Source: Candidatus Coatesbacteria bacterium
Lineage (GTDB): Bacteria > JAFGND01
DNA length: 52,174 nt
NCBI GenBank assembly: GCA_016927185.1
Contig: JAFGND010000036.1
Location: 1-52,174 of the forward strand
Direction of reading: 5' to 3'
Shown: positions 1-8,559 of the stretch, piece after piece
How the letters are laid out: each line of letters starts with the position of its first letter
Position numbering within the stretch: position 1 is the stretch's first letter
Notes under the pieces: generated by a model
Told to the model about the DNA's origin: nothing
Databases searched by the model: none
What the model saw: only the letters and a program-made list of their open reading frames with translations
Position numbers and translations under genes: made by a program

Positions 1-355
1 GACCTTTTCTTTATAATTATATACTGAGATTCATATCTCCTGTATGCATCAATAAACAATAGTGAGAAGCTATGTTTTATATAATTCACTGATTCATAAT
101 TAAAATCAGACTCTTATCAGTAAATCATTATCTAAGGTTTTCCATATAATTATTAAGGTAAGAAAATTATAAATGTAAGAGTCTCCCCCCTCTCCTTGCA
201 GGAGAGGGGTATAGGGGTGAGGTTCATGCAAATTGGCAGAGGGTAAGGTTTTATTCCTAGCCCTCATCCTCAATCCTTCTCCCCCAAGGAGAAGGAAGAA
301 GCTAGCAGCTAATCCATCATTCCCCTCTCCTTGCAGGAGAGGGGCTAGGGGTGAG
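1..355. repeat. Left copy of ~360-bp imperfect inverted repeat (cut off by window start)
   Basis: Aligns by eye to the reverse complement of 51723..52086, with scattered substitutions and one divergent patch (~155-186). Confidence 0.95.
187..355. repeat. Three BoxC/REP-like palindromic units in alternating orientation (187-222, 261-296, 322-355)
   Basis: CCCCTCTCC-N5-GGAGAGGGG-N3/4-GGGGTGAG twice; inverted variant CCCTCATCCTCAA-TCCTTCTCC-N5-GGAGAAGGA between them. Confidence 0.85.
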
Positions 356-411
356 ATTTACAATTCAGTCCATGATGTCTAGGGGTTAGATTATAGAATT
401 ATTTTCTTTTC

Positions 412-599
412 TTGACAGTATTAGCCATTTTTGAAACGTGTGCAGAAGTTGAATTAACAGAGGGAGAAAAATAGTTCAAACCAGCTGATATATCCTTTTT
501 CAGGAAATCTTTCAAACAGTCTTCTCTTTTCAAACAATCAACAAGTTCTTCAAATCATTTTCAGTTTTCAAACTTTTTACATATTTCAAAGGAGGGAGT
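412..599 (+). promoter_or_regulatory. Putative promoter/leader of the homocysteine operon with periodic TTCAAA motifs
   Basis: TTGACA at 412; TTCAAA at 475, 511, 529, 549, 567, 585; RBS GGAGGGAG at 591-598. Confidence 0.45.
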
Positions 600-1754
600 A
601 TGAGCACAGCAAAAAGTTTTGATGAGATAAACGAGAAAATAAGAAATGGCAAGGCAGTTGTACTTACTGCTGAAGAAGTATCAAGAATGTCTCTGGAGTT
701 GAAACCTTCCGAGATTGCAAAAAAGGTGGATGTTGTAACAACAGGAACATTCGCCCCGATGTGTTCGTCAGGAGTATTCATCAATTTCGGTCATTCAGAT
801 CCTCCAATCAGGATGCAGAATGTTCTTCTCAATAATGTCCCTGCATATGGAGGGATAGCTGCTGTTGATGCATATCTGGGAGCTACACAGACCGCTATGG
901 ACAGGACGGATTACGGTGGAGCTCATGTAATAGAGGAGCTCCTGTCGGGCAAAGATATAAAGCTGAAAGCAACGAGCTGCGGTACTGACTGCTATCCAAG
1001 AAAGGAAATAGAGACAATAATAAACAAGGAAACAGTAAACGAGATTATTCTTTTCAATCCAAGAAATGCTTACCAGAACTATCCAGTAGCAGTTAACAGC
1101 TCAAAAAAGACACTGTATACTTATATGGGCATGTTATTTCCCAATTACAGGAATGCAACATATTCTACTTCAGGAGAGCTTAGTCCGTTGCTGAATGATC
1201 CAGAGCTGAGAACAATCGGCATTGGAACAGCAATATTCTTGAGTGGAGCTAAGGGATTTGTTGCATGGAATGGGACCCAGTTTAACACAAAAAAACCAAG
1301 AAATTCACTTGGAATTCCAGTATCAAATGCAGCAACCCTTTCTGTTATCGGGAATCTGAAGGAAATGTCACCTGATTTCCTGAAAGCTGCATATTACAGG
1401 AAATACGGTGTAAGCATATTCATCGGTATTGGAATACCCATTCCTGTGATAGATGAAGACATTGCCAAATCCGTATCTGTAAGAAATGAGCAGATTGAGA
1501 CAATAATTTGTGATTATGGAACCAGCGGACATCCAGAAATAGGAAGAACCAATTACAAGGCTCTTCAGGATGGATTTATAGAATTAAATGGAAAAAGGAT
1601 AAGAACAGCATCCATGTCAAGCATGTTCAAGGCAAGGCAGATTGCTGAAACACTGAAAAACTGGATAAAAAAGGATAAGTTCCAGATAAACGAACCAGTC
1701 CAGCAATTGCCTTTCAATACGTCATTGAACAGCCTGAAGATAAGGAGTGAATGA
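600..1754 (+). CDS. Homocysteine biosynthesis protein, DUF39 family (L-aspartate semialdehyde sulfurtransferase), no CBS pair
   Basis: EINEKIRNGKAVVLTAEE, VDVVTTGTFAPMCSSG, GTDCYPR, NPRNAYQNY motifs. Confidence 0.9.
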   Translation: MSTAKSFDEINEKIRNGKAVVLTAEEVSRMSLELKPSEIAKKVDVVTTGTFAPMCSSGVFINFGHSDPPIRMQNVLLNNVPAYGGIAAVDAYLGATQTAMDRTDYGGAHVIEELLSGKDIKLKATSCGTDCYPRKEIETIINKETVNEIILFNPRNAYQNYPVAVNSSKKTLYTYMGMLFPNYRNATYSTSGELSPLLNDPELRTIGIGTAIFLSGAKGFVAWNGTQFNTKKPRNSLGIPVSNAATLSVIGNLKEMSPDFLKAAYYRKYGVSIFIGIGIPIPVIDEDIAKSVSVRNEQIETIICDYGTSGHPEIGRTNYKALQDGFIELNGKRIRTASMSSMFKARQIAETLKNWIKKDKFQINEPVQQLPFNTSLNSLKIRSE

Positions 1755-1755
1755 A

Positions 1756-2166
1756 ATGAAAAAGAGATTGATATTGAACTTCACGGAAGGAAATGTGGAA
1801 GAACCAATAACCTACTTCCTCATAAAGAACTATGATCTTCTTGTAAACATCCTGAAGGCAGAAATTTATCCTGAAGAGGGTGGCAATCTGCTTATGGAAA
1901 TGGAAGGGGATGAGAAGACAATCAAGAAAAGTATAAACTATCTTAAAAGCAGGAATGTCGAAGTAGTAAATGTAGACAGGAAAATCCACTTCAGGGAAGA
2001 AGATTGCATTTATTGTGGTTCATGCACTGCTGTCTGCTGCACAGGCAGTCTTTCAATTGACAAGAAAACATGGAAGATTGTGTTCAACAAGGAAAAATGC
2101 CTTGTTTGTGGATTATGTGCTGAAGCATGTCCTCTTAGCCTGTTTGAAGTAAGCTTCGGGAATTGA
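1756..2166 (+). CDS. NIL domain + 2x[4Fe-4S] ferredoxin (DUF39 partner)
   Basis: NILKA motif; CIYCGSCTAVC and CLVCGLCAEACP; RBS AAGGAG. Confidence 0.9.
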   Translation: MKKRLILNFTEGNVEEPITYFLIKNYDLLVNILKAEIYPEEGGNLLMEMEGDEKTIKKSINYLKSRNVEVVNVDRKIHFREEDCIYCGSCTAVCCTGSLSIDKKTWKIVFNKEKCLVCGLCAEACPLSLFEVSFGN

Positions 2167-2167
2167 A

Positions 2168-2905
2168 ATGGAAAGATTTTATAGGAATAATCCTGGAGAA
2201 GGACGCTTCATTACATTTACAGCCAGATATCTTCAGACAGATTTATGGATAGCAGTAGATTCATCTTCATATAATGAGAAAATGAAGAAATTCGCTTCTG
2301 AAAGAACAAGGGAATTGAGGCATAAACTTGATGCTTACATAGACAGCAATCCCTCTTTTCAAACAAGCCTGGAACCATTACAGGAAACTCAGGATGCTCC
2401 ACCTATAGCCATCGAGATGATAAAAGCTTCTCAGAAGGCAGACGTAGGACCGATGGCAGCAGTAGCTGGAGCATTTTCAGAGCGAATTGCAAGGGATTTG
2501 CTTAATGAATTCATGATAAATGAGATAATTGTAGAAAATGGGGGTGATATCTGGCTTTATATAAAAGACAGTATCACCTTGTCTGTTTATGCAGGAAAAT
2601 CACCTCTTTCCGGGAAAATAGGGCTTCAAATAGACACACTAGATAAGGGGTTGGGAATATGCACATCATCAGCTACAGTAGGTCATTCCCTGAGTTTCGG
2701 GAAGGCAGATGCAGTTACCATTGTATCTTGGAATGCAGCTCTTGCTGATGCATATGCCACATCAATATGCAACATGATAAATGATAATTCTGATGTAGAG
2801 AAAGCATTGGATATGACAAGTGAGATAGATGATATTATATCCAGCGTGATTATTATCCATGACAAAATAGGTATAAACGGGATTTTCAAAATAAAGTTAT
2901 TGTAA
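2168..2905 (+). CDS. UPF0280/COG2122 ApbE-like protein (sulfide assimilation)
   Basis: VGPMAAVAG, VENGGDI, ICTSSATVGHSLSFGKADAV, ADAYAT motifs. Confidence 0.9.
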   Translation: MERFYRNNPGEGRFITFTARYLQTDLWIAVDSSSYNEKMKKFASERTRELRHKLDAYIDSNPSFQTSLEPLQETQDAPPIAIEMIKASQKADVGPMAAVAGAFSERIARDLLNEFMINEIIVENGGDIWLYIKDSITLSVYAGKSPLSGKIGLQIDTLDKGLGICTSSATVGHSLSFGKADAVTIVSWNAALADAYATSICNMINDNSDVEKALDMTSEIDDIISSVIIIHDKIGINGIFKIKLL

Positions 2906-2912
2906 ATTCAGT

Positions 2913-3386
2913 CTAATATCTCTTTTTCAGGCTTTCCTTCAAGTCTCTCTGCATTTCCCTTTGCTGATCCCGCTTCTTTATATCTTCCCTTTTGTCATAC
3001 AGCTTTTTCCCCTGAGCAAGACCTATTTCAACCTTGACAAGACCTGCTTTCAGGTAAATGGACAGGGGGACTATTGTAAATCCCTTCTCTTCAACTTTGT
3101 TCTTTAGTCTTTTCAGTTCTTTTTTTGTAAGCAGGAGTTTCCTCTTTCTTTCAGGGGTATGATTGAAAAAATTCCCCTGTTCATAAGGAGCTATATAAAA
3201 ACCTTCGAGAAACAGCTCATTATCATAGAATCTTGCATAGCTGTCTTTGAAAGCGATTTTTGAATCCCTTATTGATTTCACTTCAGTCCCTACAAGCACA
3301 ATACCTGCTTCAAAATGCTCTATTATTGTATAAAGCGAAAAGGCTTTTCTGTTCCTCATTATAGGTTTTATTTTATCATTTTTCAT
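2913..3386 (-). CDS. smpB: SsrA-binding protein
   Basis: NRKA, EAGIVLVGTEVKSIR, RKRKLLL, GKKLYDKRE. Confidence 0.97.
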   Translation of the reverse strand: MKNDKIKPIMRNRKAFSLYTIIEHFEAGIVLVGTEVKSIRDSKIAFKDSYARFYDNELFLEGFYIAPYEQGNFFNHTPERKRKLLLTKKELKRLKNKVEEKGFTIVPLSIYLKAGLVKVEIGLAQGKKLYDKREDIKKRDQQREMQRDLKESLKKRY

Positions 3387-3451
3387 TATGGAGAAGGATT
3401 TTATCTTGACTAAAAAGGGCAAGCTAATTTCTTATGCGGGATATTGCTATT

Positions 3452-3536
3452 GCCGAAGTGGTGGAATTGGTAGACGCGCTAGATTCAGGGTCTAGTGGAG
3501 AGTATCTCTGTAGGGGTTCAAATCCCCTCTTCGGCA
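3452..3536 (+). tRNA. tRNA-Leu(CAG), long variable arm, CCA not encoded
   Basis: GCCGAAG/CTTCGGC acceptor stem, CTAGA-TTCAGGG-TCTAG anticodon arm, GGTTCAAATCC T arm. Confidence 0.96.
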
Positions 3537-3561
3537 ATAAAAACCATCAAAATTCGTATTT

Positions 3562-4362
3562 ATGAGAATTTGCGCAAAAACAACTTCATTGATCTTGCTT
3601 TTGATTTCGTATTCTGATTTATCATCAGATGGACCATTAGAAAAACTTAGTGATGCACCTTATAATCCGGCATTATTTGCACTTGTAAGCAGTTATTCAG
3701 TCAGCACCCAATACTCTGAGACAGATAGTTTTCAGGAAACTGGTTTCATGTTTTCCAGAAAAACAAGAAATGCTGGATGTTTTTCTTTCATGCTGAAGGG
3801 CAAGTCTTTCAAGGAGGATACGAAGCAAGAACAGCAGATGGAATCTGGAATAATTTGGAGTTATAATTTAAGAACTCTCTTGTTTGGGGTAAGTATGAAA
3901 CCTGCAATTACTTCGTTCAATAATGAGGATGAGAAAAAAAGTATTTCAGCCAGTTCAGATATTGGATTATGCATGCCAGTGTTTGATGAGAATCTTATCT
4001 GCCTCTCTGTTTCAGATATAGCATATACTGACTATTTTATTCGTTCGAGAAGCTTGCAGATTGAATATTGGGGTAAAATTATTTCGGGTATGAATTTTCT
4101 TGGTGGGATAACCTCTGACAGCGATAATATCGAGGGGAATGTCTATTTTGAAATGAATTTGAAACCCGGTAAAGTCATCAGGAAATTCCCTGACTTCATG
4201 TGCACATCAATCGGTATTGAAAAAGGGATTAACAGGAACAGTTCAAAAACATTTAATATTGCTATAGAGTTTTATACAAAGGGATACTACGCAGGCTTGA
4301 AGAATGCAAACAGCACTGATAACAAATCTTCAATAAGCGGATATATTGGCATTGATTTCTGA
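3562..4362 (+). CDS. Hypothetical exported protein, possible outer-membrane beta-barrel (PorV/FadL-like)
   Basis: Signal-like N terminus, YNPA motif, alternating beta strands, C-terminal Phe (GYIGIDF). Confidence 0.5.
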   Translation: MRICAKTTSLILLLISYSDLSSDGPLEKLSDAPYNPALFALVSSYSVSTQYSETDSFQETGFMFSRKTRNAGCFSFMLKGKSFKEDTKQEQQMESGIIWSYNLRTLLFGVSMKPAITSFNNEDEKKSISASSDIGLCMPVFDENLICLSVSDIAYTDYFIRSRSLQIEYWGKIISGMNFLGGITSDSDNIEGNVYFEMNLKPGKVIRKFPDFMCTSIGIEKGINRNSSKTFNIAIEFYTKGYYAGLKNANSTDNKSSISGYIGIDF

Positions 4363-4540
4363 AAGATGCAAAAGATTTTCCTATAATCACTTGACATAAG
4401 AAACAATCAATAGCTTCATGGAATTGAATTTCTGATTGATGAGCAATTTGCTTTGTTTTTATCAATGTTTTGCTTGGTGAGGTTACCAGATTAATTTTTC
4501 TTTCTTCAAATTCCTGAACAGATTTTATCTTATTATATCT

Positions 4541-5773
4541 ATGATTCTATTTCTTCAGGGATCACTTTCAGCTCAATATGTTTTCATAAATATGGATGCT
4601 GAACAAACCAATCATTTGAAAGCCTATGGGATTGCTTACAGGGCTCTTCAAAAAGGGAGCAAGATACACTGGCTTCTGAATTACAAGGGAGGGAGTTTTC
4701 TCATTCCAGCAAGTGATGAGATTAAGAAGGAGGCACTTTTAAAAGGAGTTTCTTTTGAAGAACTTGCTGAAGAAGATTTCAAGAAAATTGTTGAGATAAT
4801 TGAGAAAAGCAATATGGAGGACATGATTTTAGAGAAAGCTCCCAGAATAGGTATTTATACTCCACCAAACAAGCAACCATGGGATGACGCTGTTACACTT
4901 GCATTGACATATGCCGAGATTTCTTACAAGGCTTTGTATGATGTAGAAATACTGAAGGAAGGGCAACTTAAAGATATTGACTGGTTGCATCTGCATCATG
5001 AGGATTTCACAGGGCAATATGGGAAATTCTATTCTACTTACAAGGATTATGAATGGTACAAGCAGGATCAGGAAATAAATGAAAGAACTGCCAAAGAGTT
5101 GGGTTTTGCAAAAGTATCTAAACTGAAACTGGCTATAGTACTTGCAATAAGGGAATTTGTAGAGAAGGGCGGGTTTCTTTTTGCAATGTGCAGTGCAACA
5201 GAGACTCTTGATATTGCTCTTGCTGCACAAAGAGTAGACATAGTATCGGAAGAATTTGATGGAGATGGATTTGACAGAGAAGCTGATTCAAAACTGGCAT
5301 TTAATGAATGCCTTGCTTTCGAGAATTTCAAGTTATGCTATGATCCATATATTTATAGGTTCTCTGATATAGATGTCAGTGAGGAAGCAAACAGGCGAAG
5401 TGAAAACGGGGAAAGGATTTCTCTTTTCAGTTTTTCAGCTAAACTGGACTTTGTCCCGACAATGTTAACCCAGTGCCACCAGAAAATCTTGAAGGGATTT
5501 TTAGGACAGACAACAGGTTTTCATAAGCGGGTCGTAAAAAAAAGGATAATTATTCTTGCAGATGTACCTGGAAGTGATGAAATTAAATATATTCATGGAG
5601 TCTGGGGGAAAGGGATGTTTGCTTTTCTCGGGGGACATGATCCAGAGGATTTCAAGCACATGGTTGGAGAGGATGCCACAAATTTGGACTTGCATAAAAA
5701 CTCACCCGGATATCGACTTATCCTGAATAATGTTTTGTTTCCAGCTGCAAAAAAGAAAAGACAGAAGACATGA
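4541..5773 (+). CDS. Conserved exported protein of the Bacteroidota-type 'asparagine synthetase B' family (class I amidotransferase-like, function unknown)
   Basis: QTNHLKAYG, WLLNY.GGSF, PWDDAVT, DWLHLHHEDFTGQYGKF, FAMCSAT, GHDPED, SPGYRLILNNVLFPAA. Confidence 0.8.
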   Translation: MILFLQGSLSAQYVFINMDAEQTNHLKAYGIAYRALQKGSKIHWLLNYKGGSFLIPASDEIKKEALLKGVSFEELAEEDFKKIVEIIEKSNMEDMILEKAPRIGIYTPPNKQPWDDAVTLALTYAEISYKALYDVEILKEGQLKDIDWLHLHHEDFTGQYGKFYSTYKDYEWYKQDQEINERTAKELGFAKVSKLKLAIVLAIREFVEKGGFLFAMCSATETLDIALAAQRVDIVSEEFDGDGFDREADSKLAFNECLAFENFKLCYDPYIYRFSDIDVSEEANRRSENGERISLFSFSAKLDFVPTMLTQCHQKILKGFLGQTTGFHKRVVKKRIIILADVPGSDEIKYIHGVWGKGMFAFLGGHDPEDFKHMVGEDATNLDLHKNSPGYRLILNNVLFPAAKKKRQKT

Positions 5774-6957
5774 TAAGCCCAAAATGGGTTAGCCTCTTTC
5801 GCGATATTCAGGACGAGCATAAGTCAAGTATAGGACTTAGCATTCTCCGTTTTATTGCTCTTCTTGCATCATATATTTACCGGCTTTATCTTTATATCTA
5901 TAAAATAGTTTTTTCTCTTGGTTTCATTACTTTTGCAGAAATGAGAGTCCCAGTGATAAGCATTGGAAATCTCACTCTGGGAGGAACAGGCAAGACAAGC
6001 AGCGTCGAGTATTTTGCAGATTACATCTCAAGGAAGCTTCATCTTCGGGTATGCATAATTACAAGAGGATATGGAGCTCCCAATATTGATGCCTACAGTG
6101 ATATAGTCCAGGTTGTTGAATCTGATGGGCAGGGGATTAACAAGGACTGGAGGGATGTAGGAGATGAACCTTATCTTCTGGCAGCAAAACTTGTAAGGGT
6201 TCCTGTTGTTGTCTCCAGAGACAAGATAGCTGCATGCAATTATGCTATAGAGAGACTTGGAGCTCAGGTTATCATTCTGGATGACGGCTTTCAATCATGC
6301 TATATAAAGAAGACACTTGAAGTGGTTATGATTTCAGCAGAAAAACCCTTTGGCAACAAGCATCTTTTCCCAAGAGGCATATTGAGGGAACCAATTGATG
6401 GACTTGAAAGAGCTCAGATTGTGCTGATCCTTGATAATTCAGGAAAGCAGAATATACCACTTCTGAGGGAATTCCTTGAACAACATTTCATATTCAGCTA
6501 TGTCAGTCAGGCAAGATACAAGCCTCTTAGCATAAGCGGATTGAATGTTTCCCTGGAGGCTGATATTACAATGTTGAGGGATGCCAAAGTTATGGCTGTT
6601 TGTGGGCTTGGAAGTCCTCATTCTTTCTATCAGACGCTTCAGGACGCAGGGATAGCACTTGTGAAAACTCTTTCATATCCTGACCATTATCCTTATAATG
6701 AAGATGATATGCAGATAATAAATTCCGCTGCAAGACTGGCAAGAGCTGAATTCATAATAACTACTGAGAAGGATGCCTTGAAAATGCCTGTCCTCAAGGG
6801 ACCTTATGTACCTATTCTGGTTCTGCATACCGCTTTTGAGATTGATGAACCAAAGAATCTATATGATATCCTGAAAAAGATTCTTCAAAGTCCTCCTGAT
6901 CCTCATTCATCTGAACAAAAAGCTGGTCTAGGAATTCCCCAGGAAGAGCTTTTCTGA
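5770..6957 (+). CDS. lpxK: Tetraacyldisaccharide 4'-kinase
   Basis: GNLTLGGTGKT, TRGYG, GDEP, ILDDGFQ, PRGILREP, YPDHY, TTEKDALK. Confidence 0.95.
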   Translation: MISPKWVSLFRDIQDEHKSSIGLSILRFIALLASYIYRLYLYIYKIVFSLGFITFAEMRVPVISIGNLTLGGTGKTSSVEYFADYISRKLHLRVCIITRGYGAPNIDAYSDIVQVVESDGQGINKDWRDVGDEPYLLAAKLVRVPVVVSRDKIAACNYAIERLGAQVIILDDGFQSCYIKKTLEVVMISAEKPFGNKHLFPRGILREPIDGLERAQIVLILDNSGKQNIPLLREFLEQHFIFSYVSQARYKPLSISGLNVSLEADITMLRDAKVMAVCGLGSPHSFYQTLQDAGIALVKTLSYPDHYPYNEDDMQIINSAARLARAEFIITTEKDALKMPVLKGPYVPILVLHTAFEIDEPKNLYDILKKILQSPPDPHSSEQKAGLGIPQEELF

Positions 6958-7099
6958 AAATGCTATCTTATGATTAAGAAGAAATCTCTGAGATATTTAC
7001 AAGATTATAACCATTTTTGATATGTAACATGTTTCCTTGAAGATTCAGAATCATTATCTTATTGTTACTCTCTCTTGATTATATTTATTGATGCCTTAT

Positions 7100-7495
7100 T
7101 TATGCCTGGAGAAAATAATCTGCAATAGCTCGGTATAAAGTGCTTACTGCCAATATTGAGCAATGCAAATGATCATCGGGCAGACCTTTCAGTCTATCAA
7201 TAACATCGCCAGCTGATATTAACAATGCATTCTGCACAGTCTTCCCCTCTGCCAGGCTTGCAGTCATTGCTGCACAGGATTTTGTGTAATCGCATCCCTG
7301 AGTGTAATATTTAATTTCAGTTATCCTGTTTTCTTTAATAACAAGATAAAACTCCATTTCATCACCACAAGGTCCTTTTAAATATGCAGAACTTGTCGGA
7401 TCATTCATTCTTCCGAATAATTTGGTATCATTAAGGAGTTCCTGCACTTCTTGTGGATAACAAGGCAGGTTTTCTTTGTCATCGGATTTATTCAC
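7100..7495 (-). CDS. IscU/NifU-N Fe-S scaffold protein
   Basis: GPCGDEM, QGC, HLHCSILA: three scaffold cysteines. Confidence 0.9.
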   Translation of the reverse strand: MNKSDDKENLPCYPQEVQELLNDTKLFGRMNDPTSSAYLKGPCGDEMEFYLVIKENRITEIKYYTQGCDYTKSCAAMTASLAEGKTVQNALLISAGDVIDRLKGLPDDHLHCSILAVSTLYRAIADYFLQA

Positions 7496-7510
7496 ATACT
7501 CTCCTTCCTT

Positions 7511-8362
7511 TTAATCCTGAAGTTTTTCCCAAATTTTGATTATATCTTCTTTTATTTTTGTGTCTTGATACTCCATTATAGTTTTTCCTTCTATAATAGA
7601 TTCTACAACACCTTTATCAAATCCGATCCTTCCAATTAAAGAGATATTGTTTTTTTTACAATATTCTTCGATTTTTTCCGACATTTCGATATTTAAATCG
7701 AATTTGTTTATAACTAGATTTGCTGCAACACCAAAATGCCTTGTTACATCTATTACTCTTATTGCATCGTGCAAGCCCGATAGTGTTGGTTCAGTTACTA
7801 CCAGGGCACAATCTATATTCGTGATTGATGCTATTACTGGACATCCTATTCCTGGTGCTCCATCAATAATTATCCAATCATGATTACCCCTCTCAGCTAT
7901 ATCCTTTGCCTGCTTTCTTACCAGGGCAACAAGTTTTCCTGAATTCTCCTCAGCTATACCAAGTTTTGCATGTACCATAGGACCAAAACGTGTTTCGGAA
8001 ATAAACCATTCTCCAGAAATACTCTCATTCATTTTTATAGCCTGGACAGGGCAAATATAGCTACAAAAAGCACAGCCTTCGCAAGAAATAGGATCTATTA
8101 TGAAGTCTTGACTTATTGCATCAAATCTGCAAACTGCAATACATTCACCGCATTCCTTACAAATCCTCTTGTCAATAGAAGCTACCATTCCACTTCTGAA
8201 TTCATGTCGCTGTTTTATATCTGGTTGTAGCAGTAAATGTAAATCAGCAGCATCAACATCGCAATCTGCCATGACCGCTTTTTTTGCCAGGGAAGCAAAT
8301 GCTCCAGTAATTACTGTCTTACCTGTACCACCTTTTCCACTAATTACAACTATTTGTTTCAT
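7511..8362 (-). CDS. MinD-superfamily P-loop ATPase with inserted 2x[4Fe-4S] ferredoxin (COG1149)
   Basis: SGKGGTGKT, DCDVDAADL, CKECGEC...C, CEGCAFC...CP, PGIGCP, VTEPT. Confidence 0.92.
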   Translation of the reverse strand: MKQIVVISGKGGTGKTVITGAFASLAKKAVMADCDVDAADLHLLLQPDIKQRHEFRSGMVASIDKRICKECGECIAVCRFDAISQDFIIDPISCEGCAFCSYICPVQAIKMNESISGEWFISETRFGPMVHAKLGIAEENSGKLVALVRKQAKDIAERGNHDWIIIDGAPGIGCPVIASITNIDCALVVTEPTLSGLHDAIRVIDVTRHFGVAANLVINKFDLNIEMSEKIEEYCKKNNISLIGRIGFDKGVVESIIEGKTIMEYQDTKIKEDIIKIWEKLQD

Positions 8363-8370
8363 ATAATTCC

Positions 8371-8559
8371 CTATTTGAATTTTCTTTTAAGTAACGTTAT
8401 AGACGGAATAATAAAAAGAAATGCAAAACCAATAAGAAACAGTTGCAAATCAAGTAAGATATTTGCTGCAAATACTTGCTCATTAATAATGTCAATGGCA
8501 ATAATCTCGCCATAATTCTTTTTCAATTCCGATGTTAGAGCAACTATTTCTTTATACAT
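8371..8559 (-). pseudogene. 62-aa ORF, probable fused remnant of ABC ATPase N terminus and ABC-2 permease C terminus
   Basis: ELKKNYGEIIAID resembles the start of ABC ATPases; a single TM helix followed by KRKFK resembles a permease end. Confidence 0.4.

Noticed and set aside
187..355. CRISPR array
   Set aside because: Units alternate in orientation, differ in sequence and spacing, the spacers are the same in both copies, and no cas genes are present
100..599. SAM-I riboswitch or T-box upstream of the homocysteine operon
   Set aside because: CTCTTATCAG at 111 lies inside the repeat and lacks the rest of the SAM-I core; no T-box GGTGGNACCGCG is present
3452..3560. Integrative element at tRNA-Leu or smpB
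   Set aside because: No integrase and no duplicated tRNA 3' end noticed
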